In this document: one piece after another, positions 9,850 through 18,893 of the stretch
Layout of the letters: the number at the start of each line of letters is the position of its first letter
Position numbering within the stretch: the stretch's first letter is position 1
IMG/VR virus record: IMGVR_UViG_3300027715_000019
Span: 1-37,354 of that record
Reading direction: 5' to 3' (one strand)
Length of the DNA: 37,354 nucleotides
From: a virus
Taxonomy: Duplodnaviria > Caudoviricetes
Translations under genes and position numbers: made by a program
Notes under the pieces: generated by a model
Told to the model about the DNA's origin: nothing
Seen by the model: the letters and a program-made list of their open reading frames with translations, nothing else
Database searches by the model: none

Positions 9850-10827
9850 TCAGACCGCCGTGATGTTGCTGAGCAGCTGTCCGGCGCCGACGAAGACCGG
9901 GACTTCGTCAATGTTGTGGCGGACGCGGATGACGTCGCCGCGGACTTTTTCCTCACGGTAGGTTTCGGTGGTCAGGATATCCGGGGAATCCGGAGTCCAC
10001 AGGAATGAGCGACCAACACAGGGCTCGGAAAGATCTTCCGGATTCTCAGCGAAAATTCCGACCAGGGCATACTCGACGCTCCAAATGTCAGCAGCACTGA
10101 GGTCTTTGTTCTTCTTTGCCGAGTCATAGACGGCATTGCCGACCAGGAGCTTTTCGACACCGAAGAATTGCGCCAGGAGCTGCTTCTGGATTTCGAAATT
10201 CTCGAGCAGAACGGCCCTGGTTTTGTCGACGTGGGACAGAAACTCGCCGGCCATCAGCAGTGCATCGAACACCGACCGACTGATGGCCATTCCGTTGGCT
10301 TCGAGGCCGGTCCTCTGGCGGATAAGCTTCTTCGCAGCGTTGACGTCTTCCTTGGGAGTGGCGTCGTTCGGCTTGTTCCATTCGTTGATAACGGCGTTGG
10401 TCTTCCCGGCGAAGGTGGTTGCGTTGAACATCAGATCGGCGGTTCGTTTCTCGCGCGAGCGCAGGATGACGTTCATCGCGCGCTTCGTGGCAACGACCTC
10501 TGCATCGAAGAAACGGCGATACAGATTCGCCTCTTCATCGTCGATGACGGCTTCGAAACCGTGATCTTCGCAGCTATAGGTCCCGGACTCGAAGCTGAAG
10601 TCTTCGCGGGCGTAGCTGGATTTCGGCGCGCGCTTGATGTTGTGCGGGAGCTTCAGAACAGCTTCCGCCGGGATGATGGGGTAATCCGAGGTCTTTTCCT
10701 GGGTCTTGAAGATTGGAAGAACCTGGTCGGCGATGAATCCGCGCTGTGAGGCCTCCATTGCGTATTCAAAGGCCACGGCGCCGAGATCGGGGCGCTGAAT
10801 GGTGGTCGAAGAAGTGGGTCGAGGCAT
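9850..10827 (-). CDS. Major capsid protein (lambda gpE-like)
   Basis: 325 aa after protease and decoration genes; FIADQVLP, YSCEDHGFE, ETYREE...VIRVR motifs; AAGGAG RBS. Confidence 0.88.
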   Translation of the reverse strand: MPRPTSSTTIQRPDLGAVAFEYAMEASQRGFIADQVLPIFKTQEKTSDYPIIPAEAVLKLPHNIKRAPKSSYAREDFSFESGTYSCEDHGFEAVIDDEEANLYRRFFDAEVVATKRAMNVILRSREKRTADLMFNATTFAGKTNAVINEWNKPNDATPKEDVNAAKKLIRQRTGLEANGMAISRSVFDALLMAGEFLSHVDKTRAVLLENFEIQKQLLAQFFGVEKLLVGNAVYDSAKKNKDLSAADIWSVEYALVGIFAENPEDLSEPCVGRSFLWTPDSPDILTTETYREEKVRGDVIRVRHNIDEVPVFVGAGQLLSNITAV

Positions 10828-10856
10828 GGTTATCTTCTCCTTGTCAGATCGTCAGA

Positions 10857-11240
10857 TCAGTTGTTGACCGTGGTGGTCTTGCCGTCGTTGTAGGGCAGGA
10901 CCTCAATCACGGCACCATCAACACCAGCTTCAAGAGCCTTGCCGATGCGGCGATACGTTCCGTTCCCGGCCGGAAGAGCGGAAATCTTTCCGTCTGCGTC
11001 GGCGTAGACGTCAGCTTCGGCGGGGATGACGCCGGAGCATTCGACCTCGACGGTGTGCCCGCCGTTCAGATGGCGAATACTGACGGTCTCAGCGTTCGCG
11101 ACCTTGAATTCGGTTACGCCGATCGGATCATCGGTCGCGGTTGCGGTGTTGTAGACGGCGCCGGTGCCCAGTTTGACGAGGCGGTTCGCCTCCAGGGCGG
11201 AGCCGGCGATATACGGACGAACGGGTCCTTCGAAATACAT
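10857..11240 (-). CDS. Capsid cement/decoration protein
   Basis: 127 aa between protease and capsid; VYADADGK...IGKALEAG..GAVIEV pattern. Confidence 0.75.
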   Translation of the reverse strand: MYFEGPVRPYIAGSALEANRLVKLGTGAVYNTATATDDPIGVTEFKVANAETVSIRHLNGGHTVEVECSGVIPAEADVYADADGKISALPAGNGTYRRIGKALEAGVDGAVIEVLPYNDGKTTTVNN

Positions 11241-11242
11241 GG

Positions 11243-11722
11243 TCAGGCTCCTTTCTTGTTGATGGCCTGGAGATACTTCTCGTGCAGGCCCGGGTTGGAA
11301 GTCGCAATGGCGGAAACAGCCTGCCCGCGGGTTTTGCCTTCGCTCATGAGCCGGGAAATTTCGGTTTCATAGGCATTCACGCTGTCGCCAGAAACGGCGG
11401 CGGCGGGCTCTTCGGCTTTGACGGGCTTGGTGGCCTGAGAGCCCATCTCTGCGAGAGCGGTCCCGCGCTTGGTCTTCTCGGCTTCGAAGAACGTTTTGTA
11501 TGCCTCGCCGGCGGTGAGGCCTTCGGTGATGGCTTTCTGGGTTGCCTGCGGATCGGCTCCGGCATTCAGGAGCGAGGTGATGCGCTCTCGTTCGGCTACG
11601 GCACCGGTCTGGTGCGCCTCGGTTACGGCCTTCATCATCTCCTGCTTGCCCTGTTCCACGCCCATCGCGATGACCTGCGAATACAGATCCGGATGGTTTT
11701 CCTGCAGTGTCTTGAGATCCAT
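11243..11722 (-). CDS. Nested scaffolding protein (Nu3-like), in frame within the protease gene
   Basis: Internal GAAAGGAG then ATG (MDLKTLQENHPDLY) right after the protease domain. Confidence 0.65.
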   Translation of the reverse strand: MDLKTLQENHPDLYSQVIAMGVEQGKQEMMKAVTEAHQTGAVAERERITSLLNAGADPQATQKAITEGLTAGEAYKTFFEAEKTKRGTALAEMGSQATKPVKAEEPAAAVSGDSVNAYETEISRLMSEGKTRGQAVSAIATSNPGLHEKYLQAINKKGA

Positions 11723-12559
11723 GTTTCGGGAACTCCTTTCATTTGTTATGGCCAGGGCTCGCCCCCTGGACCCGATAGAATCGATCAGGCCCACGGCGTG
11801 GGCTTGCTTCCCTATGAATTCCTTACCGTCCGCCATCGCCAGAGCCTTTTCGGCAGTGATGCTCCGCTGAGTCGACACGGCGTCGATAAACATCGAATAA
11901 ATGCCATCGACCATGTCTTGCAGATACGCCCGGCCCTCGTCTGAAAGCGGTTTCTCTTCGCTGGTGAGCCGTTTATATTTCCCGGCCGTGATCGGTGTTT
12001 TCTTCATGCCGATCTTCGAATAGAAGTCACTCAGGTCGTAATGGTCCATGACCACGCCGATCGATCCAACGATTGCGGCTTCGGTCGCGATGATCGAGTC
12101 GGCAGAACTACCGATCCAATATGCGGCGCTCGCCATCATCCCGTTCGCAAATGCGACGATGGGCTTTTTCCCGCGGGCGGCAAAGATTTCGGCAGCCAGT
12201 TCGGGCGTACCGTCGACACTTCCCCCGGGGCTATCGATATCAAGCAGAATGGCATCCACGCTGCTGCGGCTCATGGCTGTGCGGAATGCCTCCGCGACGA
12301 CATCAGCGCCGGTGCTCCACTCGTCCCATCCGATCAGCATCGGGGTTTTCGTGATGACGCCGTGGATCCGGATCGTGGCAACGCCATTTGAAACGGACAG
12401 CAAATCCTTTGCAGTTGGCGCCGGCGGGCGACTTCCCCATGCCTCAAGCGCCTTTTCATCTTTGGCCTGGCATGCCGAAGCACATTTCGAAATGATGTCG
12501 TCAAGGCAGCCGGGACGAATTGACCAAGGCCGATTCAGTGCATGCAAAATTGTGTTCAT
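11243..12559 (-). CDS. Prohead protease, S49/SppA family (lambda gpC-like) with C-terminal scaffold
   Basis: LDIDSPGGSV, MASAAYWIGS, VGSIGV motifs; start trimmed to ATG 12559 (ATGA overlap with portal stop). Confidence 0.92.
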   Translation of the reverse strand: MNTILHALNRPWSIRPGCLDDIISKCASACQAKDEKALEAWGSRPPAPTAKDLLSVSNGVATIRIHGVITKTPMLIGWDEWSTGADVVAEAFRTAMSRSSVDAILLDIDSPGGSVDGTPELAAEIFAARGKKPIVAFANGMMASAAYWIGSSADSIIATEAAIVGSIGVVMDHYDLSDFYSKIGMKKTPITAGKYKRLTSEEKPLSDEGRAYLQDMVDGIYSMFIDAVSTQRSITAEKALAMADGKEFIGKQAHAVGLIDSIGSRGRALAITNERSSRNMDLKTLQENHPDLYSQVIAMGVEQGKQEMMKAVTEAHQTGAVAERERITSLLNAGADPQATQKAITEGLTAGEAYKTFFEAEKTKRGTALAEMGSQATKPVKAEEPAAAVSGDSVNAYETEISRLMSEGKTRGQAVSAIATSNPGLHEKYLQAINKKGA

Positions 12560-14148
12560 ACGGTCGGCTCCTTGATCATGGCTGCAACAACAGCAGCGCG
12601 CCGGGTCTGTTGTTCGGTGGTGTTGCCCTGTTCGGCGTCTTCTTCCTTCGTGGGAGCGGGTGCCTTCGGCGCCGCGGGTTCGATAGACACGACGGCCAGG
12701 CCGGCATCTTTCAATTTTCCTTTTTCCCGGGCGCGTTGCTGAATGATGTCTTCGTAGTCTTTGCCGTTCGCGGCCGCTTCGTCGGCCAGCGTCGACAGGT
12801 TGTAGTCGATGGCCATCTTGGAAGCCTCGATTTCCTTGACCGGATCGACCCAACCCCAGCCGCCGCCAATCCACAAACCACGGCAATACGCCCATCTGCG
12901 TTCGTAAAAGCCAGGGGCGTCGAACAGCCCGCGCAGAAAGGCTTCCTCGAGAACCATTTCATATACCGGCTGACATAGTTTCGCGGCCAGCCACTTGCGC
13001 CAATGCGTGAATACCCGCCGACCTTCGAGCAATGCCGCGCGGGCACTGCTGTAATTGGTCTGCGAAAAGTCTTTCATTACCAGCTCGTAAGGGATGCCCA
13101 AACACGCGCATATCGTCCGGATGGTGGACCGGAAGAACGGTTCAAAGCCTTCAGCGCTGCGGCTCGGATCGACGAAAGAAACCTCGTCACCTTGCTCGTT
13201 GTAATAGACCAGCCCGGGTTCCATCTGCTGAAGGCGTGTACTTGCGGTTTTCGTAGATGTTTCCGTGTCCGTTGCATTGCGCATGGCTTCCTGGATGGGG
13301 TCCGTTTTCTTCGTCAGGATCATGGTCAGACACGCCTGGATGCGTTCTTTCATGACCCATGCTTCGCGGGTCTCGGCGACATCCTTGAACAGCGTGAGAA
13401 CCGGAGTCAGAAGCGGAACGCCGCGGATCTGGCCGGGACGCAACGGGCGGTAGATGTGAAGAATCTTCGGCCGGTCGAAACTGTCTCGGGCGTCGATCAC
13501 GTCATAGTCATTGAGCTTCCCGGCCTTGCGGATCGAATATTTATCCGGCTCTCCGTGCGCGCCAAGCAAAATCCCGTATTTGTAATTGCTATCTGAAGAG
13601 GCGAGGCGGTCGGCCTCGATGATCTGAAGTCGACGCGCCAGAGGCTGCGCGGAATCTTCGATCCATGTGGGAATGACGACGGATTCGCCGTCCTCGATAA
13701 CTTTGCGTACTGCAAGATATTGTATTTCATCGAATGTAAGACGACGGCCGACATCGGCGAATACGTTGAATTGCGCCCAGATGTCTTCGGCCTGGCGCCG
13801 GATCGTTTCGGCTTTGTCTTCTGAGATGCCAAGGTCTTCGGCTCGGATGCGCGATTGAAGTTGCAACCCATTTCCGGCGATATTGATCGACATGGTTTCC
13901 GTTGCGCCGGCGGCCACGCCATCCATCGTGTTCTGTTCACGGGAACGATTGCGCAGCGCTTCCAGTTCGTAGTTCATGGGGTCTGGATCCTGACGGCCCG
14001 TCGACCAGTCTGAGCGAGTGCGGTCGCGAGATGCGCCACGATACATGGTTGCAGCTTCGAATTTCAGACGGTCGACAGCGCGCCGGGCTCCCCAAGTCGG
14101 GAAAACCGCCGCGATCGCACGATCGATGACACGTCCGATGTCCATCAC
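12556..14148 (-). CDS. Portal protein, lambda family
   Basis: LRNRSRE, RPGQIRGVP, DFSQTNYSSARAALLE, GWGWVDPVKE motifs. Confidence 0.95.
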   Translation of the reverse strand: MMDIGRVIDRAIAAVFPTWGARRAVDRLKFEAATMYRGASRDRTRSDWSTGRQDPDPMNYELEALRNRSREQNTMDGVAAGATETMSINIAGNGLQLQSRIRAEDLGISEDKAETIRRQAEDIWAQFNVFADVGRRLTFDEIQYLAVRKVIEDGESVVIPTWIEDSAQPLARRLQIIEADRLASSDSNYKYGILLGAHGEPDKYSIRKAGKLNDYDVIDARDSFDRPKILHIYRPLRPGQIRGVPLLTPVLTLFKDVAETREAWVMKERIQACLTMILTKKTDPIQEAMRNATDTETSTKTASTRLQQMEPGLVYYNEQGDEVSFVDPSRSAEGFEPFFRSTIRTICACLGIPYELVMKDFSQTNYSSARAALLEGRRVFTHWRKWLAAKLCQPVYEMVLEEAFLRGLFDAPGFYERRWAYCRGLWIGGGWGWVDPVKEIEASKMAIDYNLSTLADEAAANGKDYEDIIQQRAREKGKLKDAGLAVVSIEPAAPKAPAPTKEEDAEQGNTTEQQTRRAAVVAAMIKEPTV

Positions 14149-14384
14149 TGAGGTCTCCCGAAGGTGATCTTGTTGAACGCACCGCCGCCGCCGGAAGCTT
14201 TCGCCTCTTCGGCACTGATTTCACGGTTCAGTTCCTTGATGGCTGTCTGAATCTCGGAAATATTCGCCCTGGTGAGCGATCGACCGTAGGCCGTATATGA
14301 CTGAGCGCCAGCCAGAATGGCTTCTTCTGCTGTTTCATAGGTGGCCAGCCGGGTCTTAAGTTTGGCTAGTGTTTCCGCGCTCAT
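14145..14384 (-). CDS. Head completion protein (gpW-like)
   Basis: AILAGAQSYTAYGRSLTRANISEI; GGAGG RBS before ATG 14384; directly upstream of portal. Confidence 0.8.
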   Translation of the reverse strand: MSAETLAKLKTRLATYETAEEAILAGAQSYTAYGRSLTRANISEIQTAIKELNREISAEEAKASGGGGAFNKITFGRPQ

Positions 14385-14406
14385 CGTTGCCTCCATCGAA
14401 TTCGGC

Positions 14407-14464
14407 GCAAGCAAAAGGGGCCGCTGTGGTGTTGTGCCCACAACGGCCCCTTGGAATTGCTCGC
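14407..14464 (-). terminator. Terminator/attenuator-like hairpin upstream of gpW
   Basis: 15-bp stem AAGGGGCCGTTGTGG/CCACAGCGGCCCCTT (one G-U, valid on minus strand only), 8-nt loop, followed by TTGCTT. Confidence 0.6.
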
Positions 14465-14494
14465 TCGGATGAGGGATCAGCTCGTCCTACTCAA

Positions 14495-14523
14495 ATAATG
14501 TGGCATTTCAAGCCCCGGGTCAA
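14495..14523 (-). promoter_or_regulatory. Candidate internal late promoter
   Basis: TTGACC-17 bp-CATTAT in the intergenic gap before the head genes. Confidence 0.5.
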
Positions 14524-14551
14524 TAGAACGTGGTATTTTACTACACGAACT

Positions 14552-14782
14552 TCAGGCGCTCGGATGTTCGACGCTCTTGAATCGTGTCCCGCAATATGTG
14601 CATTTATGGCTCCTGATCGGCGGTTTGCTGCAATATACCCGCGCGCGGGACCGGTGACACAGCGGGCACTTAGCGCCGTCGACTTGGTCGTATCGGACTG
14701 TTGCATCCTGGATGAGGAACACGAGCTTTCGAAGCGTTTCGATCGAGATACCGAGGTGTTCTACCATTACCGTTTGAGCCAT
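14552..14782 (-). CDS. Ogr/Delta-like zinc-finger protein
   Basis: CPLC...RSHKCTYCGTRFKSVE resembles the P2 Ogr C4 finger pattern; start 14782 or 14803. Confidence 0.6.
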   Translation of the reverse strand: MAQTVMVEHLGISIETLRKLVFLIQDATVRYDQVDGAKCPLCHRSRARVYCSKPPIRSHKCTYCGTRFKSVEHPSA

Positions 14783-16575
14783 CCGTTTGTGCCTCCGAGC
14801 CATTTATTTTCGTGGTCATCTTCGCGAGGGGCCTTCATTGTCTTTGGTTCTCCCGTTTCCCCGGGCGCCGGCCACCATCTCAGGCCGATCATGTCGGCTG
14901 CTGCGTGTGACAGGACGGCGCAGTCCCAGAGATCGTTTCTTTTGTGCTCTGGACATCGCCAGAGCCCCCGGGAATCTCGGTATTCCGCTGTGATGTGCTC
15001 GAGATATGCTGGCGAAGTTTCGCGATGCAGGTGGAATCCGCCGCGGGCATTCGGCCCAAGCGCGATCTTGCCCGCTATCATGTCTTTGAAATACGTCGTG
15101 TTGATCAACGCGAGAGCCAGGCCGCCCGGTATCGGCTTCCCATCAGGATACTGATCCTGCTTTTCCAGCCTCCATGGTCGGTTCATGCGCTGCATGCCCT
15201 TCGACGCGCGGCATTTTTTGATGCTGCGGCTGATATCGTAAACCTCAGCGGTCCGGTGACCGCCGGAATCCCACAAACCGAAGCATGGCCGCATCCCGCC
15301 GAAGCTGGACGTCTCGAGTAACCGGATCAGATCGGTGGCTGATTGCATGTAACCTTCCACGAGTAGCCAACTCTCGAGGTCTCGTCCGAAAGCTCGGATC
15401 TCAAACCAGAAACCTAGATCCTGAGAGTCAACGCCGAAGGTGATGCCCAGGACGCCGGAGTCCGGTAGCTGGCCGGCAGCGCGTGCATCCTTCAGACAGG
15501 CCACTTCCTCGATCTTTCTCGACTTGTTCTCGTCAGGGTTCCACGGCAACGCCAGGCCGGAGTTGATGAAGTTGTGAAGCGGCCCGAGGAATCCGACCTT
15601 CGCCTGGTCATTCGCCTTCAGGAACCTAACCGCCATGTCGCCCCACTTCGTTACTGGGCTGTACATCTCCGGCAGACGCAGGGAAATATGCTCTGTTTCG
15701 TCCGGATTCTGCGGAACCCATAGGCCGGAAAGGCACATCTGAAATTTGTCGCGCTCGCGGATATCGCCCTTGCATGATGGACATTCCACGTATGTCTGCG
15801 CCCGGATCTCCTTCAGATTGTCGCATTCTTTCGGCCACTTCACGTTTTCCCACTCGATCGGGAACCTGGAACCACACCGCGGACATGGGACCTGAAACAG
15901 GCTTCGCGACCCTTCGTCGTAATTTCTGCAGATGATGCCATTCGGAAGTGTCGGCGTGCTGCTCATGATCCCTTTTGAATCGCGAAAAAACTTCAACCGC
16001 TCAAATGCAAGGCTTACGAGATCGGCTTCGGCATTCGATTCCGTGTAAATCAGAAATTTATCGGTTTCGTCCAGGACAATGTATTTGCAACTCTCGGCGC
16101 TCATCTGGTTTGGGTTCGCACCTCGAATGAAAATCGTCATCGCGTCCAGCTGCAGCTGTGTCTTCTGAAAATCATATCTGTCATCGGTCTTGTGCCGTCT
16201 CAGTGCCGGGTTGTGGTTGATCAGTTGGACCAGCTTCCCCTCGCTGAATGACTTCGCCGCGGTGAGTGACGGGCGAACAAACAGCGCATTTCCCGGGGCG
16301 TTGGCGATCGCGTAGCAGAGCATCAGCGCAGTCGTTGTGGTCTTAGTCGTCTGGGCCGCCCAGCTCAGGGTGATTCGACGGACGGCTGGATCCGCGAACG
16401 CCTCGAGCGGATATCGGGTATACGGGGTCATGTCAGTTCGGACCGGGCCCTTGATCGGGCTCACTCTGGTCGTGAATTCGATATTCGCCTCGACCCATTG
16501 CCACGGGTTCAGATCGGCCGGCGGCGTCCAACTCTCCGCCCAGAGGCTGTTGAAGCACGCGATGTCTGAAATCAT
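14767..16575 (-). CDS. Terminase large subunit (lambda GpA family)
   Basis: TPYTRYPL, variant Walker A WAAQTTKT, IVLDETD, SSTPT, CPRC/CPSC, GVDSQD, WDSGG, RNDLWDC. Confidence 0.93.
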   Translation of the reverse strand: MISDIACFNSLWAESWTPPADLNPWQWVEANIEFTTRVSPIKGPVRTDMTPYTRYPLEAFADPAVRRITLSWAAQTTKTTTTALMLCYAIANAPGNALFVRPSLTAAKSFSEGKLVQLINHNPALRRHKTDDRYDFQKTQLQLDAMTIFIRGANPNQMSAESCKYIVLDETDKFLIYTESNAEADLVSLAFERLKFFRDSKGIMSSTPTLPNGIICRNYDEGSRSLFQVPCPRCGSRFPIEWENVKWPKECDNLKEIRAQTYVECPSCKGDIRERDKFQMCLSGLWVPQNPDETEHISLRLPEMYSPVTKWGDMAVRFLKANDQAKVGFLGPLHNFINSGLALPWNPDENKSRKIEEVACLKDARAAGQLPDSGVLGITFGVDSQDLGFWFEIRAFGRDLESWLLVEGYMQSATDLIRLLETSSFGGMRPCFGLWDSGGHRTAEVYDISRSIKKCRASKGMQRMNRPWRLEKQDQYPDGKPIPGGLALALINTTYFKDMIAGKIALGPNARGGFHLHRETSPAYLEHITAEYRDSRGLWRCPEHKRNDLWDCAVLSHAAADMIGLRWWPAPGETGEPKTMKAPREDDHENKWLGGTNGWLKR

Positions 16576-17210
16576 GCGGCGGCCAACCTTGCAAGCGCAC
16601 GGCGGATCTCTGGCTCGAGAAGTTTCTGAATCTGGTGCCAGGGAAGGCCTTCACATTGCGGGGATACCCGGCCCGGAATGTCGAGCAGGATTGATTTTGC
16701 CGACTCAATGTTCCGCTTCATGAACGTATTGAACTTCGCTGTTTCCGTCAGGGCGCCGGTTTCTTTCAAATACTTCACCAGCCCCTGTTCGGCCTTGGCC
16801 AGAAGGTCGAGCGCATCCTGCCAATCCTGGAACCATCCCCTTGCCGTCGGATCGTTTGCATCCACGGCGTCGCACCATTTCCGATGCAACTTTTCTTCGG
16901 CATCACGGAGGCGTTTTACCCCAGCCTCGAGTCCGCGGGCTTGCCGCTTGGCAGGACGCGTCGGCGCCTGGCCATTTGGCTTGCATCCGACCACTTTCGT
17001 GTGCAGTAGCTCTGCTGCGGCGCGCGCCTTCGAGTCGGACCGCCGTACCGGTTGGGCGAGGATCCATGACACCCATGCGGCCAGGTCATAGCCTTTGCCG
17101 CGGACGAACTTCGGGGCGCCAGCAGCCAGGAGTCGCTTGCGTTGCGCGCATGCAATGTTGAGCTGTCGCTCGAGTTCCTCGGCTGTTACGTGTTTGGATG
17201 CCTGCGCCAT
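16572..17210 (-). CDS. Terminase small subunit (Nu1-like)
   Basis: N-terminal HTH-like YDLAAWVSW, C-terminal LLDIPGRVSP...EIRRALARL; ATGA overlap with terL. Confidence 0.78.
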   Translation of the reverse strand: MAQASKHVTAEELERQLNIACAQRKRLLAAGAPKFVRGKGYDLAAWVSWILAQPVRRSDSKARAAAELLHTKVVGCKPNGQAPTRPAKRQARGLEAGVKRLRDAEEKLHRKWCDAVDANDPTARGWFQDWQDALDLLAKAEQGLVKYLKETGALTETAKFNTFMKRNIESAKSILLDIPGRVSPQCEGLPWHQIQKLLEPEIRRALARLAAA

Positions 17211-17254
17211 GTTGTATCACCCGTCCTTGCGTATCATCTATTTCAAAATCGCTG

Positions 17255-17314
17255 CGCGCTCGAAGCGGCCGAGCCGTTCCCGACCCTCTTCTAGTTCACC
17301 CCCAGGAAGGACCC
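17255..17314 (-). other. Candidate cos packaging site (cosQ-like GGGTCCT at 17308-17314)
   Basis: GGGTCCTTCC about 100 bp upstream of terS, as in lambda; nick position not determined. Confidence 0.55.
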
Positions 17315-17646
17315 GCCAAATTTTCAGCACCCCGAAAACCCGCATCAGAAGCGGGTTGCGATGCGCCGTTGAAAGCGGCTCGGGGAGCGCGTTTGCGAGT
17401 GGGTTGAAGATGTGCTTGGTCCGACCCTGGCTCTGTGCTCCGAACTGTTTGCTGACGCCGCAGACCTCTCTGCCGATACCGCCGAATTGCGCATGCCGCC
17501 CGGGCCTTCTGTCGCCGCTCCCTGACGACCTTTGCTCTGACGACGTCCGGAAGCATACCCAGGAGAGCCTTGTCTATAGAACGTATCAGCCGTCTGCTGA
17601 TGTCATCGGCCCGACAAAAGATGGCGATGCCGTGTGTCTCGCTCAT
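17296..17646 (-). CDS. Hypothetical basic protein
   Basis: ATGA coupling to the MazG-like gene; no recognisable motif. Confidence 0.45.
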   Translation of the reverse strand: MSETHGIAIFCRADDISRRLIRSIDKALLGMLPDVVRAKVVRERRQKARAACAIRRYRQRGLRRQQTVRSTEPGSDQAHLQPTRKRAPRAAFNGASQPASDAGFRGAENLAGPSWG

Positions 17647-18095
17647 CCCTGCCTCCTCGTCTCGTTGTATGCCATCTTCGTGCAAATCGCGGCGTCCAGG
17701 TCGATCTGGTAGAAGCCTGCCAGTGAAAGCGCCAGGATAACGACGTCTGCCAGCTCAGCAGCCACGCCCTCAGGTTTGCCATCGGGACCGGTCCATGACT
17801 CCAGACGCTGGCATCGGTATGCCTGTCCGACCTCAGCAACCTCGCAATGCAGGTGGGCGACGTGGGAATCGAACTGCTCGAAGGCATCGAATCTGCCGGT
17901 GTTGATTGCGATCGAGAGAGCGGATTCTTGAAGGCTGGCAATAGGTGATCGGATTGGCTGTTTGGCTCGCAGTTCTGCGCGCATTTCTTGATCACTGATA
18001 TCGAGTCCGGCCGGCACAGGTAATACGTCTCCCGGCTTCATGGTTTTCAGTTTTCCCATGAATTCTTTCTTGATCTCTTCGCTGCTCTGTTTCAT
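17643..18095 (-). CDS. MazG-like nucleotide pyrophosphohydrolase
   Basis: LHCEVAEV, KPEGVAAELADVVI, IDLDAAI..KMAYN; start trimmed to ATG 18095. Confidence 0.8.
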   Translation of the reverse strand: MKQSSEEIKKEFMGKLKTMKPGDVLPVPAGLDISDQEMRAELRAKQPIRSPIASLQESALSIAINTGRFDAFEQFDSHVAHLHCEVAEVGQAYRCQRLESWTGPDGKPEGVAAELADVVILALSLAGFYQIDLDAAICTKMAYNETRRQG

Positions 18096-18649
18096 GCGGC
18101 AATCTCTTTCTCGAATACAATGAAGTGCCGTGCTCGAGCATTGCGGCCAGTGGTCACGCAGACGGCTGCGACCTCCTTGGGGTTGAGACCCTTGACGGGG
18201 GTTGGCCACAGATAATGGATGATTCCGACACGGGCACCAGGTGCCAGGACTTCGACGGCCCGAGTCAGTAGCTGATGCGGAGTCGGATATTTGCTTGCTC
18301 CTGGCGGATATTTTGCGGCGTCGATTTCGCTGTACGGTGGATCGATCAAGATTGCTGGCCACGGCTGACCATCGAGCATGGGCCACGGGTCTCGGGCATC
18401 CTGGTCGAAATCCGGTGATACGGCAGGGTCGAGGTCCAGCGTCTTGTCGTGTGGTCCGAATCCGCCGCGATAGGGGTAAAACCGCGCGAGCCCACCGCAT
18501 GCGTGAAGGACGGGGACGTTCACCGATACACCCAGGAGTTTCCTTGCTCGTTCCGGGAAGCCTCCGAGATAGGCACCGTATCGTTTCGTTCCATTCGCTC
18601 GTTTGGCGCGCCCCAGAAGCCAGAAATCTGTGATCGGGCGATAATTCAT
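18092..18649 (-). CDS. Small amino-(N6A/N4C) DNA methyltransferase-like protein
   Basis: VLHACGG SAM-binding-like motif, TLDLD, catalytic ILIDPPY; start trimmed to ATG 18649. Confidence 0.72.
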   Translation of the reverse strand: MNYRPITDFWLLGRAKRANGTKRYGAYLGGFPERARKLLGVSVNVPVLHACGGLARFYPYRGGFGPHDKTLDLDPAVSPDFDQDARDPWPMLDGQPWPAILIDPPYSEIDAAKYPPGASKYPTPHQLLTRAVEVLAPGARVGIIHYLWPTPVKGLNPKEVAAVCVTTGRNARARHFIVFEKEIAA

Positions 18650-18687
18650 TTTGTCTGTCCTTTTGTCTGCGTATAGTTGTTTATAGT

Positions 18688-18893
18688 TGTGGAGGGTATA
18701 AATATATATAAGAACGGCATCAGTAGATGATGTGGAGGGTTGTGGATGGTTTTTCCGGTATATTGGGGAAAACAACACGATTTTGTTTAATGCGTCCTAC
18801 AATGGGTTGATTTTCCAGTTTTCCTAGAAAACCCTCCACAACCCGGCGAATCAACATCAGAACAAGACGTGAGGGTTTAGCCAACCCTCCACA
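18688..18893. repeat. Iteron cluster, probable replication origin
   Basis: TGTGGAGGGT at 18688 and 18731, variant TGTGGATGGT at 18741, inverted copies ACCCTCCACA at 18831 and 18884, AT tract at 18697-18711; directly downstream of the primase-helicase. Confidence 0.72.

Noticed and set aside
12560-12895. N-terminal extension of the 550-aa protease ORF (similar extensions on tape measure, UvrD, primase, MazG and methyltransferase ORFs)
   Set aside because: They overlap upstream genes or the origin; downstream starts with stop-start overlap or an RBS fit better
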